Assembly: GCA_045594105.1 (NCBI GenBank)
Contig: JAZNXY010000091.1
Span: forward strand, 1 to 61,226
Direction of reading: 5' to 3'
DNA: 61,226 bases
Source of the DNA: Acutalibacteraceae bacterium
GTDB taxonomy: Bacteria; Bacillota; Clostridia; Oscillospirales; Acutalibacteraceae
Below are positions 8,757 through 18,900 of the stretch, piece by piece; position 1 is the stretch's first letter; each line of letters starts with the position of its first letter. The notes under the pieces were generated by a model that worked only from the letters and a program-made list of their open reading frames with translations, had not been told where the DNA came from and did no database searches. The translations under genes were made by a program, and so were the position numbers.

Positions 8757-8773
8757 CAGAAAGGGAAAATGAT

Positions 8774-10513
8774 ATGTCTAAAATCGTAAACATAACCGAA
8801 AGTGTATTGAGAGAACGCATTGCGACAGCGGTGGCAGCAGCGGTTGCGGCGGGTGAACTGCCGGAAGCACCCCTGCCGGACTTTGCAGTGGAAATTCCCG
8901 GTGACCGTGCACACGGTGACCTTGCCGTTAACGTGGCAATGGTGTCTGCACGTGCATTTCGTAAGGCACCTCGTCAGATTGCGGATGCTATTTTGGCACA
9001 CATAACGCTTGACGGCACCTATTTCGAAAAGGCGGAGGTTGCAGGCCCCGGCTTTATTAACTTTTTCCTGTCTCCTGCGTATTATGCCGCCATTGTACGT
9101 GATGTATGTGAGTTAAAAAATGCATACGGCCGTTCGGATTTCGGCGCAGGCAAAAAGGTGATGGTGGAGTTCGTTTCCGCCAACCCCACAGGCCCTATGC
9201 ACATGGGTAACGCACGTGGCGGTGCGCTGGGCGATTCGCTCGCCGCTGTACTGGACGCCGCAGGTTACGATGTCTGGCGTGAGTTTTACGTCAATGACGC
9301 AGGTAACCAAATTGAAAAATTCGCTACCTCTCTGGAGGTGCGTTATCTGCAGATTTTCAAAGGGGAGCAAGAGGTTGTGCTTCCCGAAGACGCCTATCAC
9401 GGCGATGATATTAAAGAGCATGCGGCGGGCTTTGCCGCCATACATGGCGACAGCTTCGTAGGGGCAGACAGTGAGGCACGACGCACGGCTTTGGTAGAAT
9501 ATGCCTTGCCACGCAACATCGAAAAAATGCATCACGATATGGACCTGTACCGCATACGGTATGATGAGTGGTTTATGGAGTCCCGCCTGCATAACAGCGG
9601 TGAAGTCAGAGAGGTTATCGACATTCTGACCCAAAACGGTCTGACTTATGAAAAAGAAGGCGCTTTGTGGTATAAAAATGCCGAGATTTTGACCGAAAAA
9701 CTGCGTGCGGCAGGTAAAACCGATGCAGAAATCGAAAAATTAGAGCTTAAAGACGATGTGCTGATTCGTGCGAACGGCAATCCCACCTATTTTGCGGCGG
9801 ATATCGCCTATCATCGCAATAAGTTCTTACGTGGCTTTGACACCTGTATTGACGTGTGGGGTGCTGACCACCACGGTCACGTAGCACGTATGAAGGGCGC
9901 AATGGATGCCATTGGCCTGGACGGAGATAAGCTGCAGGTGGTACTCATTCAGCTGGTCCGTCTGATGCGTGACGGTGAGGTGGTCCGTATGTCTAAACGC
10001 TCGGGTAAAGCTATTCAGCTCGCCGACCTTTTGGACGAGGTGCCTGCGGATGCCGCCCGTTTCTTCTTCATTTTGCGTGAAGCAGGTACCCGTATGGACT
10101 TTGATTTGGACCTCGCTATTGAGCAATCGTCTTCTAATCCCGTGTATTACGTGCAGTACGCACACGCACGCATTTGCTCCATTTTCCGTAAAATGCAGGA
10201 AGAAGGGGTTAACTATGATTTGGCAGCCGCTTCTTTGGATGCGCTGTCCACCCCTGAAGAACGTGAGCTGATCCGGCATATTTCGGGATACAGCAATGAA
10301 ATTATTGAGGCGGCTAAAGAATATGAGCCCGCCCGCATTACCCGTTATGCACAAGAATTGGCTACGTTGTTCCACAAGTTCTACAATGCCTGCCGTGTTA
10401 TGGGCGAGGATGCAGGTCTTACGGCGGCACGTCTGGCATTGTGCGATGCTACCCGCATCACCCTGCATAATGCATTGACCCTTCTCAAAATAGAGGCACC
10501 GGAGGTTATGTAA
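8774..10513 (+). CDS. argS: arginine--tRNA ligase
   Basis: ORF 8588-10513 trimmed to ATG 8774 (MSKIVNITE...). Class I HIGH-type motif (ANPTGPMHMGNARG), KMSKRSG-type loop (MSKRSGKA) and the DALR anticodon-binding C-terminus are present. Confidence 0.95.
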   Translation: MSKIVNITESVLRERIATAVAAAVAAGELPEAPLPDFAVEIPGDRAHGDLAVNVAMVSARAFRKAPRQIADAILAHITLDGTYFEKAEVAGPGFINFFLSPAYYAAIVRDVCELKNAYGRSDFGAGKKVMVEFVSANPTGPMHMGNARGGALGDSLAAVLDAAGYDVWREFYVNDAGNQIEKFATSLEVRYLQIFKGEQEVVLPEDAYHGDDIKEHAAGFAAIHGDSFVGADSEARRTALVEYALPRNIEKMHHDMDLYRIRYDEWFMESRLHNSGEVREVIDILTQNGLTYEKEGALWYKNAEILTEKLRAAGKTDAEIEKLELKDDVLIRANGNPTYFAADIAYHRNKFLRGFDTCIDVWGADHHGHVARMKGAMDAIGLDGDKLQVVLIQLVRLMRDGEVVRMSKRSGKAIQLADLLDEVPADAARFFFILREAGTRMDFDLDLAIEQSSSNPVYYVQYAHARICSIFRKMQEEGVNYDLAAASLDALSTPEERELIRHISGYSNEIIEAAKEYEPARITRYAQELATLFHKFYNACRVMGEDAGLTAARLALCDATRITLHNALTLLKIEAPEVM

Positions 10514-11490
10514 TGTATACCCCTGTGGATTATGAACAGCAGCGGGCGGAGATGCGTGAGGACGGCAACTTTGTCGGCGGTATTGTTTTGCTGACAGTTG
10601 CTCTGCTGTCTTTGGGCTTTACAGCCGTGGCACTGATACTGGTGGCGGCAGGAAAACTGTCTTTTGCGCAACTGGCACAGGAAGATCTGGGACTCGGAAA
10701 GACGGGGTATATGGTACTGTATATGTGTACCTATACCGTGTTTATGGGGTTGCCGCCGCTGTTGGTGTGTTTGTTGTTTCGTCGTTCCCTGCCGAAGCTT
10801 GAGATGCCTGCTGCACAGTGGCAGACACCTGCCGGCAGTGCGGCTTTTATGGTGGGCTTGGGCGGTTGTGCTGCCGCAAACCTTGTGGCATCGTACGTCA
10901 CGGCCTTCTTGGACAGCTTCGGCATTGTGCCGCCCGATGCACCCACCTTTCTGGAGAGCACACCACAAAGCTTGGTGCTGAACCTGGTGGTTTCGGCGTT
11001 GCTGCCCGCCTTGTTGGAGGAGCTGGCATTTCGCAAATGTATTTTAGGCACCTTGCAAAAATACGGACAGGGAACAGCGGTGCTGGTTTCCGCCCTGCTG
11101 TTCGGTGTGATACACGGCGGTATCTCACAAAGTGTTTTTGCGTTTCTGGTGGGTCTGGTGCTTGGCTTTATCACTGTAAAAACCGGCAGTATTCGTACGG
11201 CAATAGCTGTACATTTTGTCAATAACGCTCTTGCGGTGACAGCAGAGTATCTTACCCTGGGGATGGACCAATCGATACAGGGCATGGCATATACCGTTAT
11301 TATCGGGGTGACCGGCATCTGCGGTGTTGGTGCATTGATTTTCTCGGCGGTGAAGAAGAACGCCCTGTTTGCCAAAGCGACGTCCCGCTATGTTCCTTAT
11401 GGTTCAGTCGGTACTGTCTGGAGTGCACCGCTGATGATTATTGCGACGATACTGATTATTTTAAGAATGTTTTATACTAACTTAATGTGA
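10513..11490 (+). CDS. CPBP family intramembrane glutamic endopeptidase (CAAX protease-like)
   Basis: Motifs EELAFR, FGVIHG and HFVNN occur in a polytopic membrane protein. The ATG overlaps the argS stop. Confidence 0.85.
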   Translation: MYTPVDYEQQRAEMREDGNFVGGIVLLTVALLSLGFTAVALILVAAGKLSFAQLAQEDLGLGKTGYMVLYMCTYTVFMGLPPLLVCLLFRRSLPKLEMPAAQWQTPAGSAAFMVGLGGCAAANLVASYVTAFLDSFGIVPPDAPTFLESTPQSLVLNLVVSALLPALLEELAFRKCILGTLQKYGQGTAVLVSALLFGVIHGGISQSVFAFLVGLVLGFITVKTGSIRTAIAVHFVNNALAVTAEYLTLGMDQSIQGMAYTVIIGVTGICGVGALIFSAVKKNALFAKATSRYVPYGSVGTVWSAPLMIIATILIILRMFYTNLM

Positions 11491-11503
11491 AGGTGTCTGT
11501 GTG

Positions 11504-11965
11504 ATGCAAGAAAAGTTTATGCAATTGGCACTCTCGTTGGCGGCCGAGGCGGCTGCTGAGGGCGAGGTGCCGGTGGGTGCGGTCGTTGTAAAAGACGGTG
11601 TGGTGGTCGGTATGGGCCGAAATCGTCGTGAAACCGCAAAAAACGCGTTGGCACACGCAGAAATAGAAGCAATACATACCGCCTGTGAAGCGTTGGGCGG
11701 TTGGCGACTTTCCGGCTGTGACCTGTATGTGACGTTGGAGCCGTGTCCTATGTGTGCAGGTGCCATTATCAACGCACGTATTGATACGGTATATGTCGGT
11801 ACCGATGACCCGAAGGCAGGGTCCTGCGGGTCGCTCACCAATCTGTTCGTTTTACCGTATAACCATAAACCGCAGTACGTAAACGGTGTCTGCAGTGGGC
11901 AATGTGCGACACAGCTGAAAGACTTTTTTAGAGAGATTCGCCAAAAAAAGAAAAAAGGTGAATAA
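11504..11965 (+). CDS. tadA: tRNA adenosine(34) deaminase
   Basis: HAEIEAI and LEPCPMCAGAI zinc-deaminase motifs. The ATG at 11504 lies 8 nt after GAAGGTG; the track start at 11501 is a GTG one codon upstream. Confidence 0.9.
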   Translation: MQEKFMQLALSLAAEAAAEGEVPVGAVVVKDGVVVGMGRNRRETAKNALAHAEIEAIHTACEALGGWRLSGCDLYVTLEPCPMCAGAIINARIDTVYVGTDDPKAGSCGSLTNLFVLPYNHKPQYVNGVCSGQCATQLKDFFREIRQKKKKGE

Positions 11966-11980
11966 AGTTTCTAAAATCAC

Positions 11981-12009
11981 TTGCAATTTTGAAAACACTA
12001 TGGTATAGT
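11981..12009 (+). promoter_or_regulatory. sigma-A-like promoter for the 45-aa peptide gene
   Basis: TTGCAA (11981-11986), 17-nt spacer, TATAGT (12004-12009). Confidence 0.55.
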
Positions 12010-12073
12010 GTGTACTGTGATGAAATATATCGCATAGTTTTTCTATGCTGAAATTTGAAAGAGGGAAAGACAA

Positions 12074-12211
12074 ATGAAGAAAGAGTATGTAGCACCTGAA
12101 TATCGTTCCCTGCAGTACGTGTTTGCTGAGGAAGTAGCTACCAGTGAAAATCCCTGGGGCGACATTACGACTGATTTGTCCTCTTTGTTGCCTCCGTCCG
12201 GCAACCCGTAA
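12074..12211 (+). CDS. 45-aa peptide, hypothetical (paralogue of the peptide at 5886-6026)
   Basis: Not in the track because it is under 60 aa. AGAGGGA RBS, then ATG 12074. Product: MKKEYVAPEYRSLQYVFAEEVATSENPWGDITTDLSSLLPPSGNP. It has its own promoter and terminator. Confidence 0.55.
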   Translation: MKKEYVAPEYRSLQYVFAEEVATSENPWGDITTDLSSLLPPSGNP

Positions 12212-12242
12212 GCGGGAACAAAAGAGTAGATAGTATTGAAAG

Positions 12243-12270
12243 GCCTCAAGGAAGCTTGGGGCTTTTTGTT
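12243..12270 (+). terminator. intrinsic terminator
   Basis: GCCTCAAG - GAAG - CTTGGGGC (one G-U pair), followed by TTTTTGTTTT. Confidence 0.6.
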
Positions 12271-12387
12271 TTGCCCGAAATACACTGCCATATAATAGAA
12301 GGTATATAAAATGTCGGTAAAGGTGTGGCAGTGCAAAAAAAGATTGTTATTTTTTTAACTTTTTTACAACAAAGTGCGAAAATGTGA

Positions 12388-12416
12388 TTGACAATGCAAT
12401 TTAATGAGAGTAAAAT
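12388..12416 (+). promoter_or_regulatory. consensus sigma-A promoter of serC-serA
   Basis: TTGACA (12388-12393), 17-nt spacer, TAAAAT (12411-12416). Confidence 0.65.
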
Positions 12417-12506
12417 AGGAACAACTGTAAACGCACAGTCATATTTTGCGTGTGAAAGGAATGGTTATAAAAGGCAAGAGTATACAATTTTTCCGCCGGT
12501 CCTTCT

Positions 12507-13556
12507 ATGCTGCCCGAGAGCGTTTTACGCACCGCAGCGGATGAAATGTTAGATTATCAGGGTTCAGGACAGTCTGTTATGGAAATGTCCCACCGCTCTA
12601 AAACTTACGATGCGATTATCAAAGAATGCGAAGCACTTCTCCGTGAAGTGATGAATATTCCGGATAACTACAAAGTGCTGTTTCTGCAGGGCGGCGCTTC
12701 TTCCCAGTTTGCTATGGTGCCGATGAACCTGATGACAGGCAACGGCAAAGCCGACTTTGTGATTACAGGTCAGTGGGCGACCAAAGCACAGAAGGAAGCG
12801 GCACGCTACGGCGAAGCTAACGTGGTTGCCAGCTCTAAAGATAAGACCTTCTCTTACATTCCGAAGCTGGATCCTGCGACCTTTACGCCGGATGCGGATT
12901 ATTTCCACATTTGTATGAATAACACCATCTACGGCACGGTGTATCATGAGCTGCCCGAAACGGGCAACGTGCCGCTGGTTGCGGATATTTCCTCCTGCAT
13001 TCTGTCCGAGCCGATTGATGTTTCCAAGTTCGGCGTGCTGTACGCAGGTGCACAGAAGAATATGGCGCCCGCAGGTCTTACCGTGGTCATCATCCGTGAA
13101 GATCTCATCGGCAATGCGATGGACATCACTCCCACTATGTTCAACTATCAGACCCACGCAGATAACGATTCCATGTTCAACACCCCGCCTTGCTACACCA
13201 TTTACATGGCAAAGCTGGTGCTCGAATGGATCAAAAACGAGGTGGGCGGTCTGGAGAAGATGAAAGAGATTAACGAAAAGAAAGCCGCTATTCTCTACAA
13301 CTTCCTCGATAACTCCAAAATGTTCAAAGGTACCGTTGTTCCCGAAGACCGTTCGCTTATGAATGTGCCGTTTGTAACGGGCAACGAAGAATTGGACGCC
13401 AAATTCGTAAAAGAAGCTGCCGCAGCGGGCTTTGTGAACCTGAAAGGTCACCGTTCTGTCGGCGGTATGCGTGCTTCCATTTACAACGCCATGCCGGTAG
13501 AGGGCGTCGAAAAGCTGGTTGCGTTTATGGCTGAATTTGAAAAAAATAACGGTTAA
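12507..13556 (+). CDS. serC: 3-phosphoserine/phosphohydroxythreonine aminotransferase; annotated from the first in-frame ATG, but the N-terminus is problematic (see findings)
   Basis: Class V aminotransferase with SerC-type sequence throughout. The conserved N-terminal motif (K)ARVYNFSAGPS is encoded in frame at 12471-12506, upstream of the first start codon and directly after an in-frame TAA (12468-12470). Confidence 0.9.
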   Translation: MLPESVLRTAADEMLDYQGSGQSVMEMSHRSKTYDAIIKECEALLREVMNIPDNYKVLFLQGGASSQFAMVPMNLMTGNGKADFVITGQWATKAQKEAARYGEANVVASSKDKTFSYIPKLDPATFTPDADYFHICMNNTIYGTVYHELPETGNVPLVADISSCILSEPIDVSKFGVLYAGAQKNMAPAGLTVVIIREDLIGNAMDITPTMFNYQTHADNDSMFNTPPCYTIYMAKLVLEWIKNEVGGLEKMKEINEKKAAILYNFLDNSKMFKGTVVPEDRSLMNVPFVTGNEELDAKFVKEAAAAGFVNLKGHRSVGGMRASIYNAMPVEGVEKLVAFMAEFEKNNG

Positions 13557-13567
13557 GGTGATTCATA

Positions 13568-14728
13568 ATGAAAATTTGTACTCTGAATAAGATCGCTGCT
13601 TGCGGCACCGACCGTCTGGGCGATGCCTACACCATCACCGATACGCTGGAAGGCGCTGCAGGTGTTATGGTGCGTTCCGCTTCGATGCATGACATGGAAA
13701 TGCCTGAAACGCTGCAGGCGATTGCTCGTGCAGGTGCAGGTGTTAACAATATCCCTGTAGATGTATGTGCGGAAAAAGGTGTTGTGGTATTCAACACCCC
13801 CGGTGCGAATGCGAATGCGGTAAAAGAATTGGTTATCGCAGGTTTGTTCCTCGCTTCCCGTAAAGTAGTGCCTGCTATCGAATGGGCGGCAACCCTTAAG
13901 GGTGAAGGCGACGCTGTCGGTAAATTGGTCGAGAAAGGCAAGGGACAGTTTACCGGCCCCGAAATACTCGGCAAAAAACTCGGTGTTATCGGTCTTGGCG
14001 CTATCGGCGTTCTGGTGGCCAATGCTGCCAAATCGCTCGGTATGGAGGTATACGGTTATGACCCCTATCTGTCGGTAAATGCCGCTTGGAATCTTTCCCG
14101 TTCCATCCATCATGCTGCAGACCTCGACACCATTTATGCGGAATGTGATTACATTACCGTACACGTGCCGCTGATGGCGGATACCAAAGGTATGCTTAAT
14201 GCTGATGCTTTTGCAAAGATGAAAGACGGCGTTCGTGTTCTCAACTTCTCCCGTGATGCACTTGTAAACGGTGCGGATATGCTGGCGGCACTGGCAAGCG
14301 GTAAGGTAGCTCGCTACGTAGTCGACTTCCCGACCGAAGAAATGCTCGGTGTAGAGAACGTTGTGGCGATTCCGCACCTTGGTGCTTCCACCCCCGAAAG
14401 TGAAGACAACTGTGCGGTTATGGCGGCGGATGAGCTGAAGGATTATCTCGAAAACGGTAATATTACCCATTCGGTCAACTATCCCGACGTACAGGCACCC
14501 CGCACTACCGCAAACCGTCTGTGCGTGCTGCATAAGAACATTCCCAATATGCTCACCCAGATCAGCGGTGCTGTTGCAAAAGAAGGCATCAACATTGCCG
14601 CAATGGTAAACCAGTCCCGCAAGGAATATGCGTATACCATTCTTGATGTGGATGCAGCACCTTCCGCTGAAGCACTTGCACACATTTCCGCTGTAGACGG
14701 CGTTATTCGTGTACGTCATATCGGCTAA
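13568..14728 (+). CDS. serA: D-3-phosphoglycerate dehydrogenase (2-hydroxyacid dehydrogenase with C-terminal ACT domain)
   Basis: NAD-binding motif GVIGLGAIG and a D-isomer-specific 2-hydroxyacid dehydrogenase catalytic region. An ACT-like tail (CVLHKNIPNMLTQISGAV...) is present. Adjacent to serC. Confidence 0.9.
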   Translation: MKICTLNKIAACGTDRLGDAYTITDTLEGAAGVMVRSASMHDMEMPETLQAIARAGAGVNNIPVDVCAEKGVVVFNTPGANANAVKELVIAGLFLASRKVVPAIEWAATLKGEGDAVGKLVEKGKGQFTGPEILGKKLGVIGLGAIGVLVANAAKSLGMEVYGYDPYLSVNAAWNLSRSIHHAADLDTIYAECDYITVHVPLMADTKGMLNADAFAKMKDGVRVLNFSRDALVNGADMLAALASGKVARYVVDFPTEEMLGVENVVAIPHLGASTPESEDNCAVMAADELKDYLENGNITHSVNYPDVQAPRTTANRLCVLHKNIPNMLTQISGAVAKEGINIAAMVNQSRKEYAYTILDVDAAPSAEALAHISAVDGVIRVRHIG

Positions 14729-14740
14729 TTGAAGATCAGC

Positions 14741-14771
14741 AAAAACGCCCTGCAATCGCAGGGCGTTTTTT
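14741..14771 (+). terminator. intrinsic terminator
   Basis: CGCCCTGC - AATC - GCAGGGCG, followed by TTTTTT. Confidence 0.85.
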
Positions 14772-14787
14772 GAAAGGGTGACAGGAC

Positions 14788-15561
14788 ATGGTGTGGCAAT
14801 GGTCGGTTGGCGTTGCCTCCTTTATAATATTGGTATGGGGTACCTTGCCGTTTTTCACCGGCCGCATTTGTAATACAGGCGTGCGGGTGTGTGCCGCTGT
14901 CGGTATGGGCGGTATGCTGCTTTCTGTTTTCTGGGATACCGTATGGCAGGCGGTAGGATGCTTTTGGGAAAGCGGCACTGCGGCAAAGATTACCGTTTGT
15001 GCCGTAGTTGCCGTGATGGCGGCCCTGGTATTGCTGTTTGTCGGCATATCGGTTTTATTGATAGTGTCTGCAAACCGTTCAGGTACTGCCAAAGCGGCTA
15101 CTGTGCTGGTTCCCGGCGCTAAATTATACGTTGACCGTCTGTCAAAGGCACTGCAGCAGCGGCTGGATGCCGCCGTTATATACCTGCAAGCACATCCCGA
15201 TATGCCTTGTGTGGTAAGCGGAGGGCAAGGAGCAGACGAACCGCGCAGTGAGGCGGTTGCGATGCGTGATTATCTTGTGGGAAAGGGGATAGACGGCAAC
15301 CGTATTTATATGGAAGACAGGTCTACCAGTACCTTTGAAAATATGCAGTTTTCCCGTAAGGTCATTGACCAAAACGGTCTGCCGACCGCTGTGGTCATTG
15401 TGACACAGGAGTTTCACCAGTATCGCTGCGGCGTGTATGCAAAAAGGGCAGGGCTGCCGCCGATTTGTTCGGTCACCTGTAAAACAGGACTGCAGCTATT
15501 GCTGTGCTACTGGGTCAGAGAAATCGCAGGCGTGTGCCGTATGTGGATTCTTGGATATTGA
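14788..15561 (+). CDS. YdcF/DUF218 (SanA/ElyC-like) family membrane-anchored protein
   Basis: N-terminal TM helices followed by a DUF218 core (VVSGGQGADEPRSEAVAMRDYL...DRSTSTFENMQFS...VIVTQEFHQYRC). Confidence 0.8.
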   Translation: MVWQWSVGVASFIILVWGTLPFFTGRICNTGVRVCAAVGMGGMLLSVFWDTVWQAVGCFWESGTAAKITVCAVVAVMAALVLLFVGISVLLIVSANRSGTAKAATVLVPGAKLYVDRLSKALQQRLDAAVIYLQAHPDMPCVVSGGQGADEPRSEAVAMRDYLVGKGIDGNRIYMEDRSTSTFENMQFSRKVIDQNGLPTAVVIVTQEFHQYRCGVYAKRAGLPPICSVTCKTGLQLLLCYWVREIAGVCRMWILGY

Positions 15562-15635
15562 CAATTCAAACAACTCCACCGTGTGTTTCTTTTTTAGAAA
15601 TATACGGTGGGGTTTTTATGAATTTTTGAATAAAA

Positions 15636-15668
15636 GTGAGGTTTTTGGGCTAAAAACCTCATTTTTTT
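15636..15668 (+). terminator. intrinsic terminator
   Basis: GAGGTTTTT - GGGCT - AAAAACCTC, followed by ATTTTTTT. Confidence 0.6.
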
Positions 15669-15708
15669 ATTTTTTTATAAAAAAAATAAGCCAATCGTCG
15701 AAAAACGA

Positions 15709-15737
15709 TTGACAAACCGAAAAATATCTTATATAAT
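15709..15737 (+). promoter_or_regulatory. consensus sigma-A promoter of rpoB-rpoC (leader of about 200 nt)
   Basis: TTGACA (15709-15714), 17-nt spacer, TATAAT (15732-15737). Confidence 0.65.
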
Positions 15738-15936
15738 ACCATAATGCATAATCATGGGTTTATATGCCTTTTGTTACAAATACAGTATAACACGGCAGAA
15801 GAAAAAAAGCAAGAGAAAATGAAAAAAACGTATATTTTCCAACCTTTTTCTAACCTGTGAGGAAAGCAAAAAATCAGTAAATTATTCTGCGGCAGGGGAC
15901 ATGCTGCGGATGAAACACAAAGGAGTGGTCGAGCCA

Positions 15937-18900
15937 ATGGTGAATATTAAACCGGTCCAGTTGGGGAACACGACCCGTATGAGTTTCGCTAAAATCAATG
16001 AAGTGTTGGATATGCCCAATCTCATTGAAGTGCAGAAAAACTCGTACAAGTGGTTCTTAGAGGAAGGACTCAAAGAGGTATTCAGAGATATGTCTGCTAT
16101 TGCGGACTATACCGATAACCTCGTACTGGAATTCATTGACTACAGAATTGACGAAAATCCAAAGTACACCGTAGCGGAATGTAAAGAGCGTGACGTAACC
16201 TATGCGGCACCCTTGTATGTGACCGTACGGCTGCTTAACAAAGAAACGGGTGAGGTAAAGGAATCCGAGGTGTTTATGGGCGAATTCCCGCTTATGACAC
16301 GCAGCGGTACCTTTGTTATCAACGGTGCGGAACGTGCCATTGTATCTCAGCTCGTTCGTTCTCCCGGCGTATATTATGGTATGAGCTATGATACCACCGG
16401 TAAAAAGCTGTTTACCTCCACCGTGATTCCGAACCGCGGTGCGTGGCTCGAATATGAAACCGACTCTTCCGACGTGTTCTATGTACGCATCGATAAGAAC
16501 CGCAAGCTGCCGGTTACCTGTCTGGCACGTGCTATGGGCCTGTCCACCGACGAGCAGCTCATTGAATTCTTTGGCGACGACGAGCGCTTGCACGCCACCA
16601 TGCTGAAGGATTCCACCAAAAACGCCGAGGAAGCATTGCTGGAAATCTATCGCAAGCTGCGTCCCGGTGAGCCGGCGACTGTTGAGAACTCTCAGCAGCA
16701 TTTGGAGGGTCTGTTCTTTGACCCCCGCCGGTATGACCTTTCGCGTGTAGGTCGCTATAAATACAATAAGAAATTAGGTCTTTCCAACCGCTTGGCGGGT
16801 CATAAGCTGAGCCGTCCCGTAGCGGACCCCGCAACGGGTGAACTGTTGGCGGAGGCGGGCGAAATTATCGACCGCTCCCGTGCTCTCGAAATGGAAGATG
16901 CAGGCGTGTCCCAGGTCTTTATCTCCATTGACGAACACGGTGAAGAGCGTGAAGTGAAAATTATCACCAACGGCATGGTGGATATTAAGAAATACGTTGA
17001 TTTCGACGTGACCGAATATGGTATCCGTGAACGTGTTTGCTATCGTGTACTGCGTGAAATCCTGGATACCTGTACCGACGAGGCGGCTTTGAAGGAAGCC
17101 ATTTCTGCCCGTGCCGCCGAACTGGTACCCAACCACATCACCGTGGATGACATTCTCGCATCCATCAACTACGTGCATTGCCTTGGTCATGATGTCGGTA
17201 CTACCGATGATATCGACCATTTGGGTAACCGCCGCATCCGTTCTGTCGGCGAACTGCTGCAGAATCAGTTCCGCATCGGTTTCTCCCGTATGGAACGTGT
17301 GGTACGTGAACGTATGACCCTGCAGGCGCAGGATACCGACGTTATCACGCCCCAGGCACTTATCAACATCCGTCCCGTAGTAGCCGCTATCAAGGAGTTC
17401 TTCGGTTCTTCTCCCTTGTCCCAGTTTATGGATCAGAACAACCCCTTGGCAGAGCTTACGCACAAACGTCGTTTGTCCGCTTTGGGCCCCGGTGGTCTGT
17501 CTCGTGATCGTGCCGGCTTCGAAGTGCGTGACGTTCACTACAGCCACTATGGCCGTATGTGCCCCATTGAGACCCCCGAAGGTCCCAACATCGGCTTGAT
17601 TTCTTACCTCGCTACCTTTGCACGTATCAACGAATACGGTTTCGTTGAAGCACCGTTCCGCAAGGTAGATAAAGCAACCGGTGCGGTTACCGACGAAGTG
17701 GTTTATATGTCTGCTGACATCGAAGATGATTTCATTGTTGCACAGGCAAATGAACCGTTGGATGAAAACGGTTGCTTTGCACGTGCGAAGGTAAATGCCC
17801 GTTGCCGTGATGAATTCCTTGAAGTGACCCCCGATAAGGTTGACTATATGGACGTTTCTCCGAAGATGGTTGTATCTGTCGCTACTGCGATGATTCCCTT
17901 CCTCGAGAACGATGACGCCAACCGTGCGTTGATGGGCTCCAACATGCAGCGTCAGGCCGTGCCGCTGCTCAAAACCGAAGCACCTATCGTGGGTACCGGT
18001 ATGGAATATAAAGCCGGTGTTGATTCCGGTGTTTGTGTGCTGTGCGAAGCCGCAGGTACCGTTACCTACGTTTCTGCGGATAAGGTGGTTGTCCGCCGTG
18101 ATGATAACGGTGAAGAAGACACCTACGAAATGATCAAATTCTCTCGCTCCAACCAGGGCACCTGTCTCAATCAGCGCCCCATCGTATCGGTTGGTCAGCA
18201 CATTGATGAGCATGCGGTTATCGCTGACGGTCCTGCGACCGATGGCGGTGAAATCGCACTTGGTAAGAATGCGCTCATCGGCTTTATGACCTGGGAAGGT
18301 TATAACTACGAGGACGCTGTTCTTATCAATGAAAAAATGGTACGTGACGACGTATTTACTTCTATTCATATTGAAGAATACGAAGTGGAATCTCGTGAAA
18401 CAAAGTTGGGGCCGGAGGAAATCACCCGTGATATCCCCAACGTCAGCGAAGAAGCCCGTAAAGACCTCGATGAACGTGGTATCATCCACATTGGTGCAGA
18501 GGTACGCTCCGGCGATATTCTGGTTGGTAAGGTTACCCCGAAGGGTGAAACCGAGCTGACTGCGGAAGAACGCTTGCTGCGTGCTATCTTCGGTGAAAAA
18601 GCACGTGAAGTGCGTGATACCTCCTTGCGTGTACCGCACGGTGAGTACGGTATTATCGTAGACGTGAAGGTGTTTACCCGTGCCAACTGCGACGAGCTTT
18701 CCCCCGGTGTTAACATGGTTGTTCGCTGCTATATCGCTCAGAAACGCAAAATCAGCGTCGGCGATAAAATGGCGGGCCGTCACGGTAACAAAGGTGTTGT
18801 TTCCCGCATTCTTCCCAGTGAAGATATGCCGTTCCTGCCCGACGGTACCCCGTTGGATATCGTTTTGAACCCCCTGGGTGTTCCGTCCCGTATGAACATC

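Noticed and set aside
8157-8773. Long upstream extensions of the DUF1934 ORF (from 8157) and of argS (from 8588).
   Set aside because: The 8157 extension runs through the DUF1540 terminator, and the 8588 extension overlaps the DUF1934 coding frame. Internal starts at 8343 (GTG) and 8774 (ATG) have RBSs and give canonical N-termini. I also saw no T-box leader upstream of argS or serC.
12043-12336. 97-aa minus-strand ORF between tadA and serC.
   Set aside because: It has no RBS and runs antisense through a small gene with complete promoter, RBS and terminator signals on the plus strand, and also through that gene's terminator.
13553-14755. 400-aa minus-strand ORF antisense to serA. The same applies to 12564-13451 antisense to serC, 16774-18984 (736 aa) antisense to rpoB, 19557-22307 (916 aa) antisense to rpoC, and 23973-26804 (943 aa) with 26716-27729 antisense to fusA and tuf.
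   Set aside because: Each lies fully inside an unmistakable, highly conserved housekeeping gene on the other strand. The translations are low-complexity (rich in H, R, T, V, G, F), have no recognisable motifs and lack an RBS. These are classic antisense shadow ORFs produced by codon bias.
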